In this document: positions 49,464 through 58,440 of the stretch, one piece after another
Layout: each line of letters opens with the position of its first letter
Numbering within the stretch: position 1 is the first letter of the stretch
Origin: Longimicrobiales bacterium
GTDB lineage: Bacteria > Gemmatimonadota > Gemmatimonadetes > Longimicrobiales > Gaopeijiaceae
Assembly (NCBI GenBank): GCA_965249725.1
Contig: CBDFMQ010000002.1
Span: 1,184,001-1,248,000 of the forward strand
Direction of reading: 5' to 3'
Length of the DNA: 64,000 nt
Position numbers and translations under genes: made by a program
The notes under the pieces: generated by a model
Databases searched by the model: none
Seen by the model: the letters and a program-made list of their open reading frames with translations, nothing else
What the model was told of the DNA's origin: nothing

Positions 49464-51915
49464 CGAGGTCCTCCACAAGTCTCTTGACGACTTTCCCGAC
49501 CACCCGATCTACCTCCTTGTCGGTCAGCGTCCGGTCCCACGCCTGAAGGCGCAGACGGAAGGCGAGCGAACGCTCAGCCTCGGCCACGCCTTCTCCCCGA
49601 TACATATCGAAGATGGTGACTTCTTCGAGGAGCGCGCCACCCGACCCGCGAATACACTCGACCACGGAGTCCGCAGAAACGTCCTGCGGCACGAGAAGCG
49701 CCAGGTCCCGATCGACCCCGGGAAACTGCGGTAGAGGCCGGTACGTAGGCGTTCGGCCGAGTCGCGGCTCGGCGGGCAAGCGGAGTTCCATGGCCCATAC
49801 CGGTCCGGCCCACGCCGGGGCGTCGATTCGGTCGGGTCGGATCTGTCCGGCCGAGCCGATGGCGAGGCCAGACGGCAAGGAAATCTCTACGGTCGTAGAG
49901 GATACGAGCAATTCGTCTCCAACCACTCCGTGGCTGCCCTCTTCGCCCTGTTGGTCGCCTCCGTCACCGTCGCCCTCCGCCGCACCCTCTCGCCTCGGCC
50001 CCATCGACGCACCTTCCCATCCGGACTGATCAAGCGCTTCCTGGACCAGTCCCTTCAACGTCCAGAAGTCGACCGACTCGACCTCTTCAGACCAATGGCC
50101 CGGCCGTTGGCGACCCGTGACGGTCAACGCCACGTGCAGGTCCTCTCGTGGCGCATTGCCCGGACCGCACGAATGAAAGACCGTGCCCAGCTCGAAGAAC
50201 CGCACGTCGCGGGCGCCCCGGGCGAAGTTGTACTCCACCCGTCGCAGGAGCGCCGGCAGGAGATTGCCGCGGAGGCGACTCTCCTCACTGGAGATGGGGT
50301 TGTTGAGTTCGACATCTCCCTCGGACGCCGGAGCGAACGCGGGGGTGGTAGCCTCCAGGAGTCCCGCGCCGGCGAGCGCCAACCTCAGGTTGTCCTCCAA
50401 CTGGAAGAGCGGGTGATCCGGGACCATGGTCGGCCGGGCGGCACCGAGATCATCCGGGAAGTTGTCGTACCCGTGCGTGCGTGCGATCTCCTCGATCAGG
50501 TCTACCTCGCGGGTCACGTCGTAGCTTCGGTAGCCGGGGATCGTAACGCTCAAGTCGTCCTCGCCATCCGGCTCCACACCGAATCCCAACGGCTCAAGTA
50601 GGCCCGTGATTTGCTCCGCTCCCAACGACACACCCAACACCTTGGCGACCCGGAATAGACGCAGCGTCAACGAGAAAGGCTCCCACGGACGCGGCAGCAC
50701 CTCCAGAATCGGCCCGTCGACCTCACCACCTGCACTGGCCAGGATGACTTCCAGGGCCCGCTCGACTGCCGGCAGATGTCCCTCGGGGTCGACTCCCCGC
50801 TCGAAGCGGAAGCTGGCGTCGGTCGAGATGCCCAAGGCCTTCCGGGTCCTCCGGATCGACTTGGGCTCGAAGAGGGCGCACTCAAGCAGAATGTCTGAGG
50901 TCTCTTCGGTCACGGACGAGTGCAATCCACCCATGACGCCCGCGATGTCGTGCGATACCGAGGCATCGCAGATCAATAGCATCTCAGAGTCGAACTCGTG
51001 CTCCAACCCGTCCAGGGTCTGCATCTTCTCCCCATCCTTCGCCTTCCGCACGACCAGCCTCGACTCGTCGAGCTTGCCCAGGTCGTAGGCATGCATGGGG
51101 TTGCCCATTTCGAGCATCACGTAATTCGTGGCGTCCACCACGTTGTTGATGGGCTGCTGATCCACCGCACGCAGTCGCTGGGCAAGCCATTCCGGAGAGG
51201 GGCCGACCTTCACGCCTCGAATAATCACACCGAGGAAACGGTAGCAGAGCTCGGGTTCGTCGATCCGAATACCGACTTCGGCGTGCGTAACCTCCAGTTC
51301 GGCGGTCTTAACGTCGAGGTCGATCTCCGGGGCACCCGGAATCGCCGGGAGTACGATGCCCGCGACCCCGCCGGGAGCCACCTCCCTGGCCACGCCCACA
51401 TGGGATAGCCAGTCACCCCGGTTGGGGGTCACCTCGACATCCAGTCGCACGTCGTCGAGGGCGAGCGCCTGAGTGAGGGGCTGGCCCAACTCGACCTCGC
51501 CGGTCAGGTGCATGATCCCCGATTGGTCCCGCCCCAGACCCAGTTCCTTCTCCGAGCACAGCATGCCGTTCGAGTACTCGCCGCGGATCTTCGCCTTCTT
51601 AAGGGTGAAGTCACCGGGCAGGGTCACCCCGACTCCCGCGAAGGGGTAGTAGCCGCCTTCGTGAATGATCGGAGCGCCGCACACCACCTGGAGCGTCTCC
51701 TCGCCGTTGTTCACCTCACACAGCGACAGCCGGTCCGCATTAGGGTGTTGGCGCACGGACTCGACACGGGCGACGATGACCTCTTCGAGCCCCTCGCCCA
51801 GATACTCCGTGTCCTCCACCGGAGCCCCTCGGGTCGCAAGGTGCTCCGACACTTCATCGACACCGAGGTCCAGTCCCGGGGCCATGGCCTTGAGCCACGC
51901 GAAGGAGATGTTCAT
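49444..51915 (-). CDS. pheT: Phenylalanine--tRNA ligase beta subunit
   Basis: HPNADRL, GMLCSEKELG, VTPNRGD, INNVVDATNY, RFERGVD, REVDLIEEIAR, DRTLTD. Confidence 0.97.
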   Translation of the reverse strand: MNISFAWLKAMAPGLDLGVDEVSEHLATRGAPVEDTEYLGEGLEEVIVARVESVRQHPNADRLSLCEVNNGEETLQVVCGAPIIHEGGYYPFAGVGVTLPGDFTLKKAKIRGEYSNGMLCSEKELGLGRDQSGIMHLTGEVELGQPLTQALALDDVRLDVEVTPNRGDWLSHVGVAREVAPGGVAGIVLPAIPGAPEIDLDVKTAELEVTHAEVGIRIDEPELCYRFLGVIIRGVKVGPSPEWLAQRLRAVDQQPINNVVDATNYVMLEMGNPMHAYDLGKLDESRLVVRKAKDGEKMQTLDGLEHEFDSEMLLICDASVSHDIAGVMGGLHSSVTEETSDILLECALFEPKSIRRTRKALGISTDASFRFERGVDPEGHLPAVERALEVILASAGGEVDGPILEVLPRPWEPFSLTLRLFRVAKVLGVSLGAEQITGLLEPLGFGVEPDGEDDLSVTIPGYRSYDVTREVDLIEEIARTHGYDNFPDDLGAARPTMVPDHPLFQLEDNLRLALAGAGLLEATTPAFAPASEGDVELNNPISSEESRLRGNLLPALLRRVEYNFARGARDVRFFELGTVFHSCGPGNAPREDLHVALTVTGRQRPGHWSEEVESVDFWTLKGLVQEALDQSGWEGASMGPRREGAAEGDGDGGDQQGEEGSHGVVGDELLVSSTTVEISLPSGLAIGSAGQIRPDRIDAPAWAGPVWAMELRLPAEPRLGRTPTYRPLPQFPGVDRDLALLVPQDVSADSVVECIRGSGGALLEEVTIFDMYRGEGVAEAERSLAFRLRLQAWDRTLTDKEVDRVVGKVVKRLVEDLGVEQRL

Positions 51916-52955
51916 GAGGCTCCTCCCTGCGCGAACTGAGAGAGGAACCGGATGTCATTCTCGAAGAACAGCCGCAGGTCCGGCACACCGTACTTCAACA
52001 GCGCGATTCGCGCGGGGCCCATTCCGAACGCGAACCCCGTGTAGCGCTCGGCGTCGTAGCCCACGTTCTCGAGGACGTTCGGGTCCACCATTCCGGCGCC
52101 CATGATCTCGATCCAGTCGGACTCGACGTGCGTGCCGTCCTTCATGGTGAGCTGCCGCTTCACGTCCACTTCGGCGCTCGGCTCCGTGAACGGGAAGTAC
52201 GACGGCCGAAAACGGACCTTCGTCCCGGGACCCCAAAACCGACGTGCGAACTCGGCCAGGGTGGCCTTGAAGTCCACGAAGGTGATTCCCTCGTCCACTA
52301 CCAGCCCCTCGATCTGCGCGAAAGCCGGGGTGTGGGTGGCGTCGTACGTGTCCCTCCGATAGACCATGCCGGGAGCCAGGATCCGGATCGGCGGCGGATA
52401 GTGCTCCATGACTCGCACCTGCACCGGCGAGGTATGACTGCGGAGAAGCACGGAGTCCTTTAGGTAGAGGGTGTCCTGCTCATCTGCGGCCGGATGATCG
52501 AGGGGCGTGTTCAGGGCCACGAAGTTGTACCACTCGGTGTCGGCCTCCGGCCCACGGGCGCGGACGAAACCGAGACCGCGGAAGATCTGCCAAATCTCGT
52601 CGACCACCTGGTTGACCGGATGGATGCCGCCCGTCCAACGAGCACGGCCCGGCAGCGTGAGGTCCTCCACGGGACCTGTGGGACCGCTTTCCTCCGCCAC
52701 CGACCGCTCCCGCTCATCCAATGCCGTCTGGAGGGTCTCCTTCACCCGATTCGCCTCTGCACCGACGGCGGGGCGTTCCGATACGTCCAAAGCGCCCAAT
52801 CCGCGTAAGAGTGCGGAGATACGGCCCTCTTTGCGGCCCAGATATGCGATTCGAAGCTCCTCGAGCGCATCGGCATCGGAGGCCGCCTCGATCGCGACCA
52901 AAGCCTCGGCCTCGAGAGCCTTCAGGGTATCGATCAGAGAGTTAGAATCACTCAT
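51912..52955 (-). CDS. pheS: Phenylalanine--tRNA ligase alpha subunit
   Basis: LRSHTSPVQ, DATHTP, FRPSYFPFTEPS, GFAFGMG. Confidence 0.97.
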   Translation of the reverse strand: MSDSNSLIDTLKALEAEALVAIEAASDADALEELRIAYLGRKEGRISALLRGLGALDVSERPAVGAEANRVKETLQTALDERERSVAEESGPTGPVEDLTLPGRARWTGGIHPVNQVVDEIWQIFRGLGFVRARGPEADTEWYNFVALNTPLDHPAADEQDTLYLKDSVLLRSHTSPVQVRVMEHYPPPIRILAPGMVYRRDTYDATHTPAFAQIEGLVVDEGITFVDFKATLAEFARRFWGPGTKVRFRPSYFPFTEPSAEVDVKRQLTMKDGTHVESDWIEIMGAGMVDPNVLENVGYDAERYTGFAFGMGPARIALLKYGVPDLRLFFENDIRFLSQFAQGGAS

Positions 52956-53020
52956 ATATGAACGCGTTCACCTCGTTTGAGGGCAACAACTTACGCTGGT
53001 CACCCCCACAGCCGTCAATA

Positions 53021-53059
53021 GCAAGGGGCCTCGCGACAGAATCGTCGCGAAGCCCCCGC
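53021..53059 (-). terminator. Hairpin after rplT
   Basis: gcaaggggcctcgcgac-agaatc-gtcgcgaagcccccgc imperfect inverted repeat between rplT and pheS. Confidence 0.5.
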
Positions 53060-53086
53060 GGAACCGTAGCCGTGGAGGGGCTGCTG

Positions 53087-53449
53087 CTAACCAGCCTCCA
53101 ACCCCGCCTTGGCCTGGTCCGCCAAGGCCGTAAAGGCCTCCGGACTACGCACGGCAAGATCCGCCAGGACCTTACGGTCCAGGTCGACCCCGGCGAGCTT
53201 GAGGCCGTTCATGAACCGGGAGTACGACAGTTCGTTCTCACGAGCTGCAGCGTTGATCCGTGTGATCCAGAGGCGCCTGAACGTGCGCTTCTTGTTCTTG
53301 CGATCCCGGTACGCGTGCTCCCAGCCCTTCTCTACGGCATCCTTCGCCGTCCGGTACAGGTTCTTACGGCCGCCAAAATAGCCTTTGGCCGCCTTGAGAA
53401 TTTTCTTTTTCCGCTTGTTACGAGCCGGAGCTGATGTCGCTCTTGGCAT
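53087..53449 (-). CDS. rplT: 50S ribosomal protein L20
   Basis: [36 protein letters not shown]. Confidence 0.98.
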   Translation of the reverse strand: MPRATSAPARNKRKKKILKAAKGYFGGRKNLYRTAKDAVEKGWEHAYRDRKNKKRTFRRLWITRINAAARENELSYSRFMNGLKLAGVDLDRKVLADLAVRSPEAFTALADQAKAGLEAG

Positions 53450-53467
53450 AGTGGCCTCTCCTTTCGC

Positions 53468-53665
53468 TTACGACCCTGGAAGGAGTCGCTTCATGCGCTT
53501 CTCGTCGGCCTTGCTCACCAAGGTCGCGGTACGGAGACGGCGCTTTCTTTTCTGTGATTTCTTCGTGAGGATGTGGCTCTTGTTCGCCCGCATCCGCCGG
53601 ATCTTGCCCGATCCGGTTCGGCGCAGGCGTTTCGCCGCCCCTCGGTTGGTCTTCATCTTCGGCAT
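53468..53665 (-). CDS. rpmI: 50S ribosomal protein L35
   Basis: [20 protein letters not shown]. Confidence 0.98.
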   Translation of the reverse strand: MPKMKTNRGAAKRLRRTGSGKIRRMRANKSHILTKKSQKRKRRLRTATLVSKADEKRMKRLLPGS

Positions 53666-53709
53666 TTATCTGCTCCCTTGGGGCCCGTCGGCGGGTCCCC
53701 CATGACCAA

Positions 53710-54222
53710 TTACTTGAGAGGCCCCAGAACCATCGACATGATCCGCCCCTCGAAACTCGGCAGGGATTCAACCTTCCCCACGTCCTCCAAGTCCTCCGTG
53801 ACGCGAAGTAGAACGTCGCGTCCCAACTCGGGGTGCGTGACCTGCCGACCCCTAAACATCATCGTCAGCTTGACCTTGTTCCCCTCACCCAGGAACCGCC
53901 GCGCGTGACGGACCTTGAAATCGTAATCGTGATCTTCGATGCCCGGGCGAAACTTCACCTCTTTGACCTGAACGTGGTGCTGTTTCTTCTTGGCTTCCTT
54001 GGCCGCCCTCTGTGCCTCGTACCTGTGCTTCCCGTAGTCCATCAGCTTGCATACGGGTGGCCGTGCATCAGGAGCGACTTCCACCACATCCAGGCCCTTG
54101 CTTGCCGCTAACTCCCGCGCTTCTTCGATGGAGACGATCCCTACCTGGCCCCCCTCGTCGTCGATCAATCGGACAGGACTGATCCGGATCTGATCGTTAA
54201 TACGAACTCTTTGCTCTGCGAT
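53710..54222 (-). CDS. infC: Translation initiation factor IF-3 (probable AUC start)
   Basis: INDQIR, PPVCKLMDYGK, KEVKFRP, FRGRQ; GGAGGAG lies 6 nt upstream of ATC 54222. Confidence 0.96.
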   Translation of the reverse strand: MAEQRVRINDQIRISPVRLIDDEGGQVGIVSIEEARELAASKGLDVVEVAPDARPPVCKLMDYGKHRYEAQRAAKEAKKKQHHVQVKEVKFRPGIEDHDYDFKVRHARRFLGEGNKVKLTMMFRGRQVTHPELGRDVLLRVTEDLEDVGKVESLPSFEGRIMSMVLGPLK

Positions 54223-54296
54223 CTTGCTCTCCTCCACCACGGTTGCACGGAGCCTGGGCCTTGGAATCCCGGCTCACCCACAGTCTCAACAACAAC

Positions 54297-54450
54297 AAAA
54301 AAGCCCGGATCTCTCCAGGCCACAAGGGAAACGAGTTGCCGGCACATAAGGCTCCGGTCACCCGTTCTCTTGGACCCGGCGGTATCCACGTTGTCGGTGG
54401 AACCGAAAGGTGGAGCCGCTCACGGGCGGCTCTCTTCCGTTTTGTCTTTG
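54297..54450 (-). ncRNA. Structured infC 5' leader ending in an intrinsic terminator (L20-leader-like attenuator)
   Basis: GAGCCGC-CCGUGA-GCGGCUC hairpin followed by CACCU, further stems, then GCCUGGA-GAGA-UCCGGGC-UUUUUU; TTGACG candidate -35 at 54497-54502. Confidence 0.55.
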
Positions 54451-54653
54451 TCCCAAGGCGTCAGGACCCTACGAAGATCATCGAGACGCCTGAGCCCGTC
54501 AAGGTGGCGACAGGGCCGGAAAACAAAGGGACTCGGTAGGACTGGCAGGTGCTGGACGCACGTCATACCGTAGCCAATCGAGCGCTAGATCCGGCGCGGA
54601 AAGATAAGCGATGAACAAGACAGTCCTCGGACAACCTCAGTCCCAAGAAGCTC

Positions 54654-54790
54654 ATGGCTGACCGGCTCCAGCACGAGCTATTGCAGGGCGTCTCGCGGAC
54701 CTTTGCCCTCACCATTCCGGTGCTTCCGCAGGATCTCCGGCGTATGGTCGGGAACGCCTACCTACTCTGCCGCATCGTGGACACCGTAGG
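54654..54790 (+). pseudogene. Squalene/phytoene synthase N-terminal fragment
   Basis: [36 protein letters not shown] matches the family N-terminus up to the first DxxED motif, then similarity is lost. Confidence 0.7.
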
Positions 54791-54907
54791 GCCGCGGAGG
54801 CTGAGGTCGACGCCCCCGATTGATCTGGCAATCTGGGCTTGCGTGTCTCATCCCCTGCGATTCTGGAAGCTTGTGGGTGGCCCCAGGTTACGCGCATGTT
54901 GTCGCCC

Positions 54908-57589
54908 ATGAACGATCCCGGCTCCCCCATCGAACGCCTGAACGCCGCCCTAGAGGGTCGATACCTCATCGAAGGCGAGCTGGGTGAGGGCGGCATGGCC
55001 ACCGTCTATCTCGCCAACGACCTGAAACACGAACGGCAGGTGGCACTAAAGGTCCTGAAGCCGGAACTGGCCGCGGTAGTGGGCGCCGACCGGTTCCTCA
55101 CCGAGATCAAGACCACGGCCAACCTGCAGCACCCGCACATCCTGCCGCTCCACGACTCCGGCGAGGCCGACTCGTTCCTCTTCTACGTGATGCCCTACGT
55201 GGAGGATGAGTCTCTCGGCGATCGGCTCGCCCGGGAGCAGCAGCTGCACGTGGATGAAGCGGTGAAGATCGCGATCGATCTGGCCGAGGCGCTGGACTAC
55301 GCGCACCGCAACAAGGTCATCCACCGCGACATCAAGCCCGCCAACATCCTGATGCACGAGGGTCGCCCGCTGATCGCGGACTTCGGGATCGCGTTGGCGG
55401 TGGGTGCGGCAGGCGGTACACGGCTCACCGAGACCGGGCTGTCCGTCGGCACCCCGTTCTACATGAGCCCCGAGCAGGCCACGGGCGACCAGATCTTGGG
55501 TGCCGCGAGCGACACCTACGCGCTCGCCTGCGTGCTCTACGAGATGCTCGTGGGTGAGCCTCCCTATTCGGGAGCGACGGCCCAGGCGGTGCTCGGCAAG
55601 ATCATCGCGGGCGGGCCCGTGTCGGCCACGGCTCATCGGCCGTCGATTCCGGCGAATGTCGACGCGGCGCTCCGCTGCGGACTGGAGAAGCTCCCCGCGG
55701 ATCGGTTCACCTCTGCGCAGGAGTTCGCCGACGCGCTCAAGAACGAGCACTTCCGCTACGGGGAGCCGGTCGGCGCTGCCGCGGGTGATCCGGGTCCGTG
55801 GAAGAGACGGACCACGGGGTTCGCGTCGCTCTCCTCCGTCCTCGCCCTCGCTTGGTCAGTGTTCCGCCCCGAACCTGCGGCTCCTCCCGAGCCGATCGGA
55901 CGGTTTTCGGTACTCATCCGAGAAGATCAAACTCCCAGCACGAACTTCGATATTGCACCCGACGGATCGGCTCTGGTCTTCACAGGACCCGACCCAGAGG
56001 GGGTCTTCCAGCTATGGCTGCGCCGTTGGGACAATCTCACGCTCACTCCTGTCCCGGGGACCGCTGGAGCGACACCGAGCAGTCCGAGAATCTCTCCGGA
56101 CGGAACGGAGGTGGCATTTGTCGCCGGGAGGCAACTCAAGGTGGCCCCCCTCCAAGGCGGAGTCGTGCGCACGCTGGCGGACTCCGCATTCTGCTGCTCA
56201 CAGTGGGGGCCCGACGGCTTCCTCTATTACTCCGCTACCGGTAGGACCATCAAGCGGGTCCCGGTGCAGGGTGGAGAGGTGGAGCCCGTCACGACCCGCG
56301 CTGAAGAGGGAGGCGGCTCGCACGGCGACCTCCAGGTGCTTCCGGGCGGTGAAACCGCCGTGTTCACGGTCTGGGGTGACCCGGCTCGGATCGAGGCGAT
56401 CCGGCTGGCCGACGGAGAGCGGAGGATCCTCGCCCCCGGGATCAAGCCATATGTGACGCCTGACGGCCATCTGATCTTCGGCTCCATCGACGGTAGCATC
56501 CTGGCTGCCCCTCTCTCAGTCGACGGCATGGAGCTCACCGGGGCACCCGTGCCCGTGGTCGAGGGTGTCGTCGTGAGTACCAACGAGTATCCGGAGTTCA
56601 GCGTGTCGCAAACCGGTACGCTGGCGTACTGGTCGGGCGAGGCGGCAACTGGCGCGAGGGAGTTCGTCTGGATGAGTCGTTCGGGTGTCGCCACGCCGGT
56701 CGATCCCGGCTGGGCATTCGATCGGGGCAACGTCAATTCTGGCTGGAGCTTGTCACCGGACGACACTCGCTTGGCTCTCCGGGCTCGCACCGAGGCCGGT
56801 CACGACATCTGGATCAAAGAGCTGGACGATGGGCCTCTCTCACGCCTGACGTTCGGCGAATCCGAAGATCGGATGCCCCGGTGGACCCCGGACGGGCGGA
56901 CGGTGACTTTTGTGTCCAACCGCGGCGGAGACTGGGACGTCTGGTCGAAGGGCGCCGACGGTACGGGAGACGCAGTCTCAGTGGTAGACACCGAGGATTT
57001 CTTTGCACAGGGCTTCTACGGGCCGGCGGGCGAGTGGGTGATCTTACGAACGGGAGGCACCGGCGGGCTCTCCGGAGGTCGCAACATCATGGCCATCCGT
57101 CCAGGAGTGGACAGCGTCCCCCTCCCGCTCCTCGCATCAGACGTCGACGAGGCGGGGCCGGCCCTGTCACCGGATGGCCGGTGGCTTGCATACGGTTCGG
57201 ACGAGACGGGCCGCTACGAGATCTTCGTGCGACCGTTCCCTGATGTGGACGCGGGCAAGTGGCAGGTCTCCGCCGAGGGAGGGCACGGTGCGCTCTGGAG
57301 TCATACCGGCGACGAGCTCTTCTTCGTGAACAACTCCGGTGAGATGATGGCTGCGCAGGTCGAAACCGCGTCGGGCTTCCGAGTGAGGGAGCGCCAGACG
57401 CTGTTCGCGATCCCGCGGGGTTACGAAAGCCGAGCAGTTAGCGACTTCATCGTCGGACTCTTCGACATCACCTCCGACGATGAGCGGTTCCTGATGGTCC
57501 GGCGCTTTACGGACTCCGACGAAGCCTCCAACGAGTTCATCATCGTGCAGAACTTCTTCGAAGAGGTGAGGGCCCGGATCGGTAACTAG
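54908..57589 (+). CDS. Hanks-type Ser/Thr protein kinase with TM segment and TolB/PD40 beta-propeller
   Basis: [37 protein letters not shown]; repeated SPDG/TPDG motifs. Confidence 0.92.
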   Translation: MNDPGSPIERLNAALEGRYLIEGELGEGGMATVYLANDLKHERQVALKVLKPELAAVVGADRFLTEIKTTANLQHPHILPLHDSGEADSFLFYVMPYVEDESLGDRLAREQQLHVDEAVKIAIDLAEALDYAHRNKVIHRDIKPANILMHEGRPLIADFGIALAVGAAGGTRLTETGLSVGTPFYMSPEQATGDQILGAASDTYALACVLYEMLVGEPPYSGATAQAVLGKIIAGGPVSATAHRPSIPANVDAALRCGLEKLPADRFTSAQEFADALKNEHFRYGEPVGAAAGDPGPWKRRTTGFASLSSVLALAWSVFRPEPAAPPEPIGRFSVLIREDQTPSTNFDIAPDGSALVFTGPDPEGVFQLWLRRWDNLTLTPVPGTAGATPSSPRISPDGTEVAFVAGRQLKVAPLQGGVVRTLADSAFCCSQWGPDGFLYYSATGRTIKRVPVQGGEVEPVTTRAEEGGGSHGDLQVLPGGETAVFTVWGDPARIEAIRLADGERRILAPGIKPYVTPDGHLIFGSIDGSILAAPLSVDGMELTGAPVPVVEGVVVSTNEYPEFSVSQTGTLAYWSGEAATGAREFVWMSRSGVATPVDPGWAFDRGNVNSGWSLSPDDTRLALRARTEAGHDIWIKELDDGPLSRLTFGESEDRMPRWTPDGRTVTFVSNRGGDWDVWSKGADGTGDAVSVVDTEDFFAQGFYGPAGEWVILRTGGTGGLSGGRNIMAIRPGVDSVPLPLLASDVDEAGPALSPDGRWLAYGSDETGRYEIFVRPFPDVDAGKWQVSAEGGHGALWSHTGDELFFVNNSGEMMAAQVETASGFRVRERQTLFAIPRGYESRAVSDFIVGLFDITSDDERFLMVRRFTDSDEASNEFIIVQNFFEEVRARIGN

Positions 57590-57599
57590 GCGCTGTTCC

Positions 57600-58142
57600 T
57601 TACATCGACCAGGGCGGCACCACGTGGTTCATGCGCGCATAAGCGATCGACTGCCCGAGATGCTCGTTCATGTGCGTGATGAGCTGGAACAGCACCGCCC
57701 ACTCTCCGACGTCACGCCCGTATAGCCGAGTCTGCTCGTCCAAGTCCATGGCAGACATGTGGGCCGCAACCCGCCTGACGTGCTCCATCGACTCCGCCAG
57801 GATCGCGACCGCCTTCTCCTTGTCGGTCACCCCTTCTTCCCAACTGTCGTACTCCGCAGCCCCCATCGGCGAGTCCACGCCCAACGCGATCTCCGGGTAG
57901 TAGTAGTTGTAGCGGGCGATGTGCATGTAGACCCGAACCACCGACGCCACCCCTTCCATCGGGGCCCACTCATAGGTCGACTCGGGCATCGCCTTCGCCA
58001 GAGAAACGAGCTTGTCCGCGGAGGCATCGAACTGACCCTCGAACTCCCCGATGAAGTTCGGGGGCGTGCTCTGCGCGAGAACGCCAGGCGCAGCAATAGC
58101 GGTGAGAGCCGAGATCAGCAGGACTGTACGTGCGAAGCGCAT
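57600..58142 (-). CDS. Secreted DinB-family protein
   Basis: Signal peptide MRFARTVLL..VLAQ; His triad MHIA..THMNEHLGQ..YARMNHVVPPWS. Confidence 0.85.
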   Translation of the reverse strand: MRFARTVLLISALTAIAAPGVLAQSTPPNFIGEFEGQFDASADKLVSLAKAMPESTYEWAPMEGVASVVRVYMHIARYNYYYPEIALGVDSPMGAAEYDSWEEGVTDKEKAVAILAESMEHVRRVAAHMSAMDLDEQTRLYGRDVGEWAVLFQLITHMNEHLGQSIAYARMNHVVPPWSM

Positions 58143-58333
58143 CGGATTACTCCGGTAGCAGGGTTGGGGTGCGCCGAGAATATGCGCTGAAGTGAGGCGG
58201 CAGGGAAAGGACCATCCCCGCGTGCGGGGCGAGCCTCCCGCGGCCGTGTGGTGCGGGGCCGCCCAAAGTGAGGGCCGTGCGGAGTGTTCGCCTATCGGCC
58301 AGTAACCCGAGGCTCGAAACATACCGACCGGGC

Positions 58334-58438
58334 GAGGTCGTGCGGTCCCCGAGCGAGCGTCTAGAAGGGGGGAACGGTGGCGGAAGTGACGCCGGGAGGC
58401 CCCCCGGATAGCAGCGAGCGAGGGAACCGCACGACCTC
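58334..58438. repeat. 105-bp element with 17-bp terminal inverted repeats (MITE/REP-like)
   Basis: GAGGTCGTGCGGTCCCC ... GGGAACCGCACGACCTC (16/17 match); AGCGAGCG present inside both ends. Confidence 0.6.
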
Positions 58439-58440
58439 CC

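Noticed and set aside
58188..58320. Hammerhead ribozyme or integron attC
   Set aside because: CTGAAGTGA does not fit the CUGANGA core in register with GAAA; there are no proper RYYYAAC/GTTRRRY ends and no integrase.
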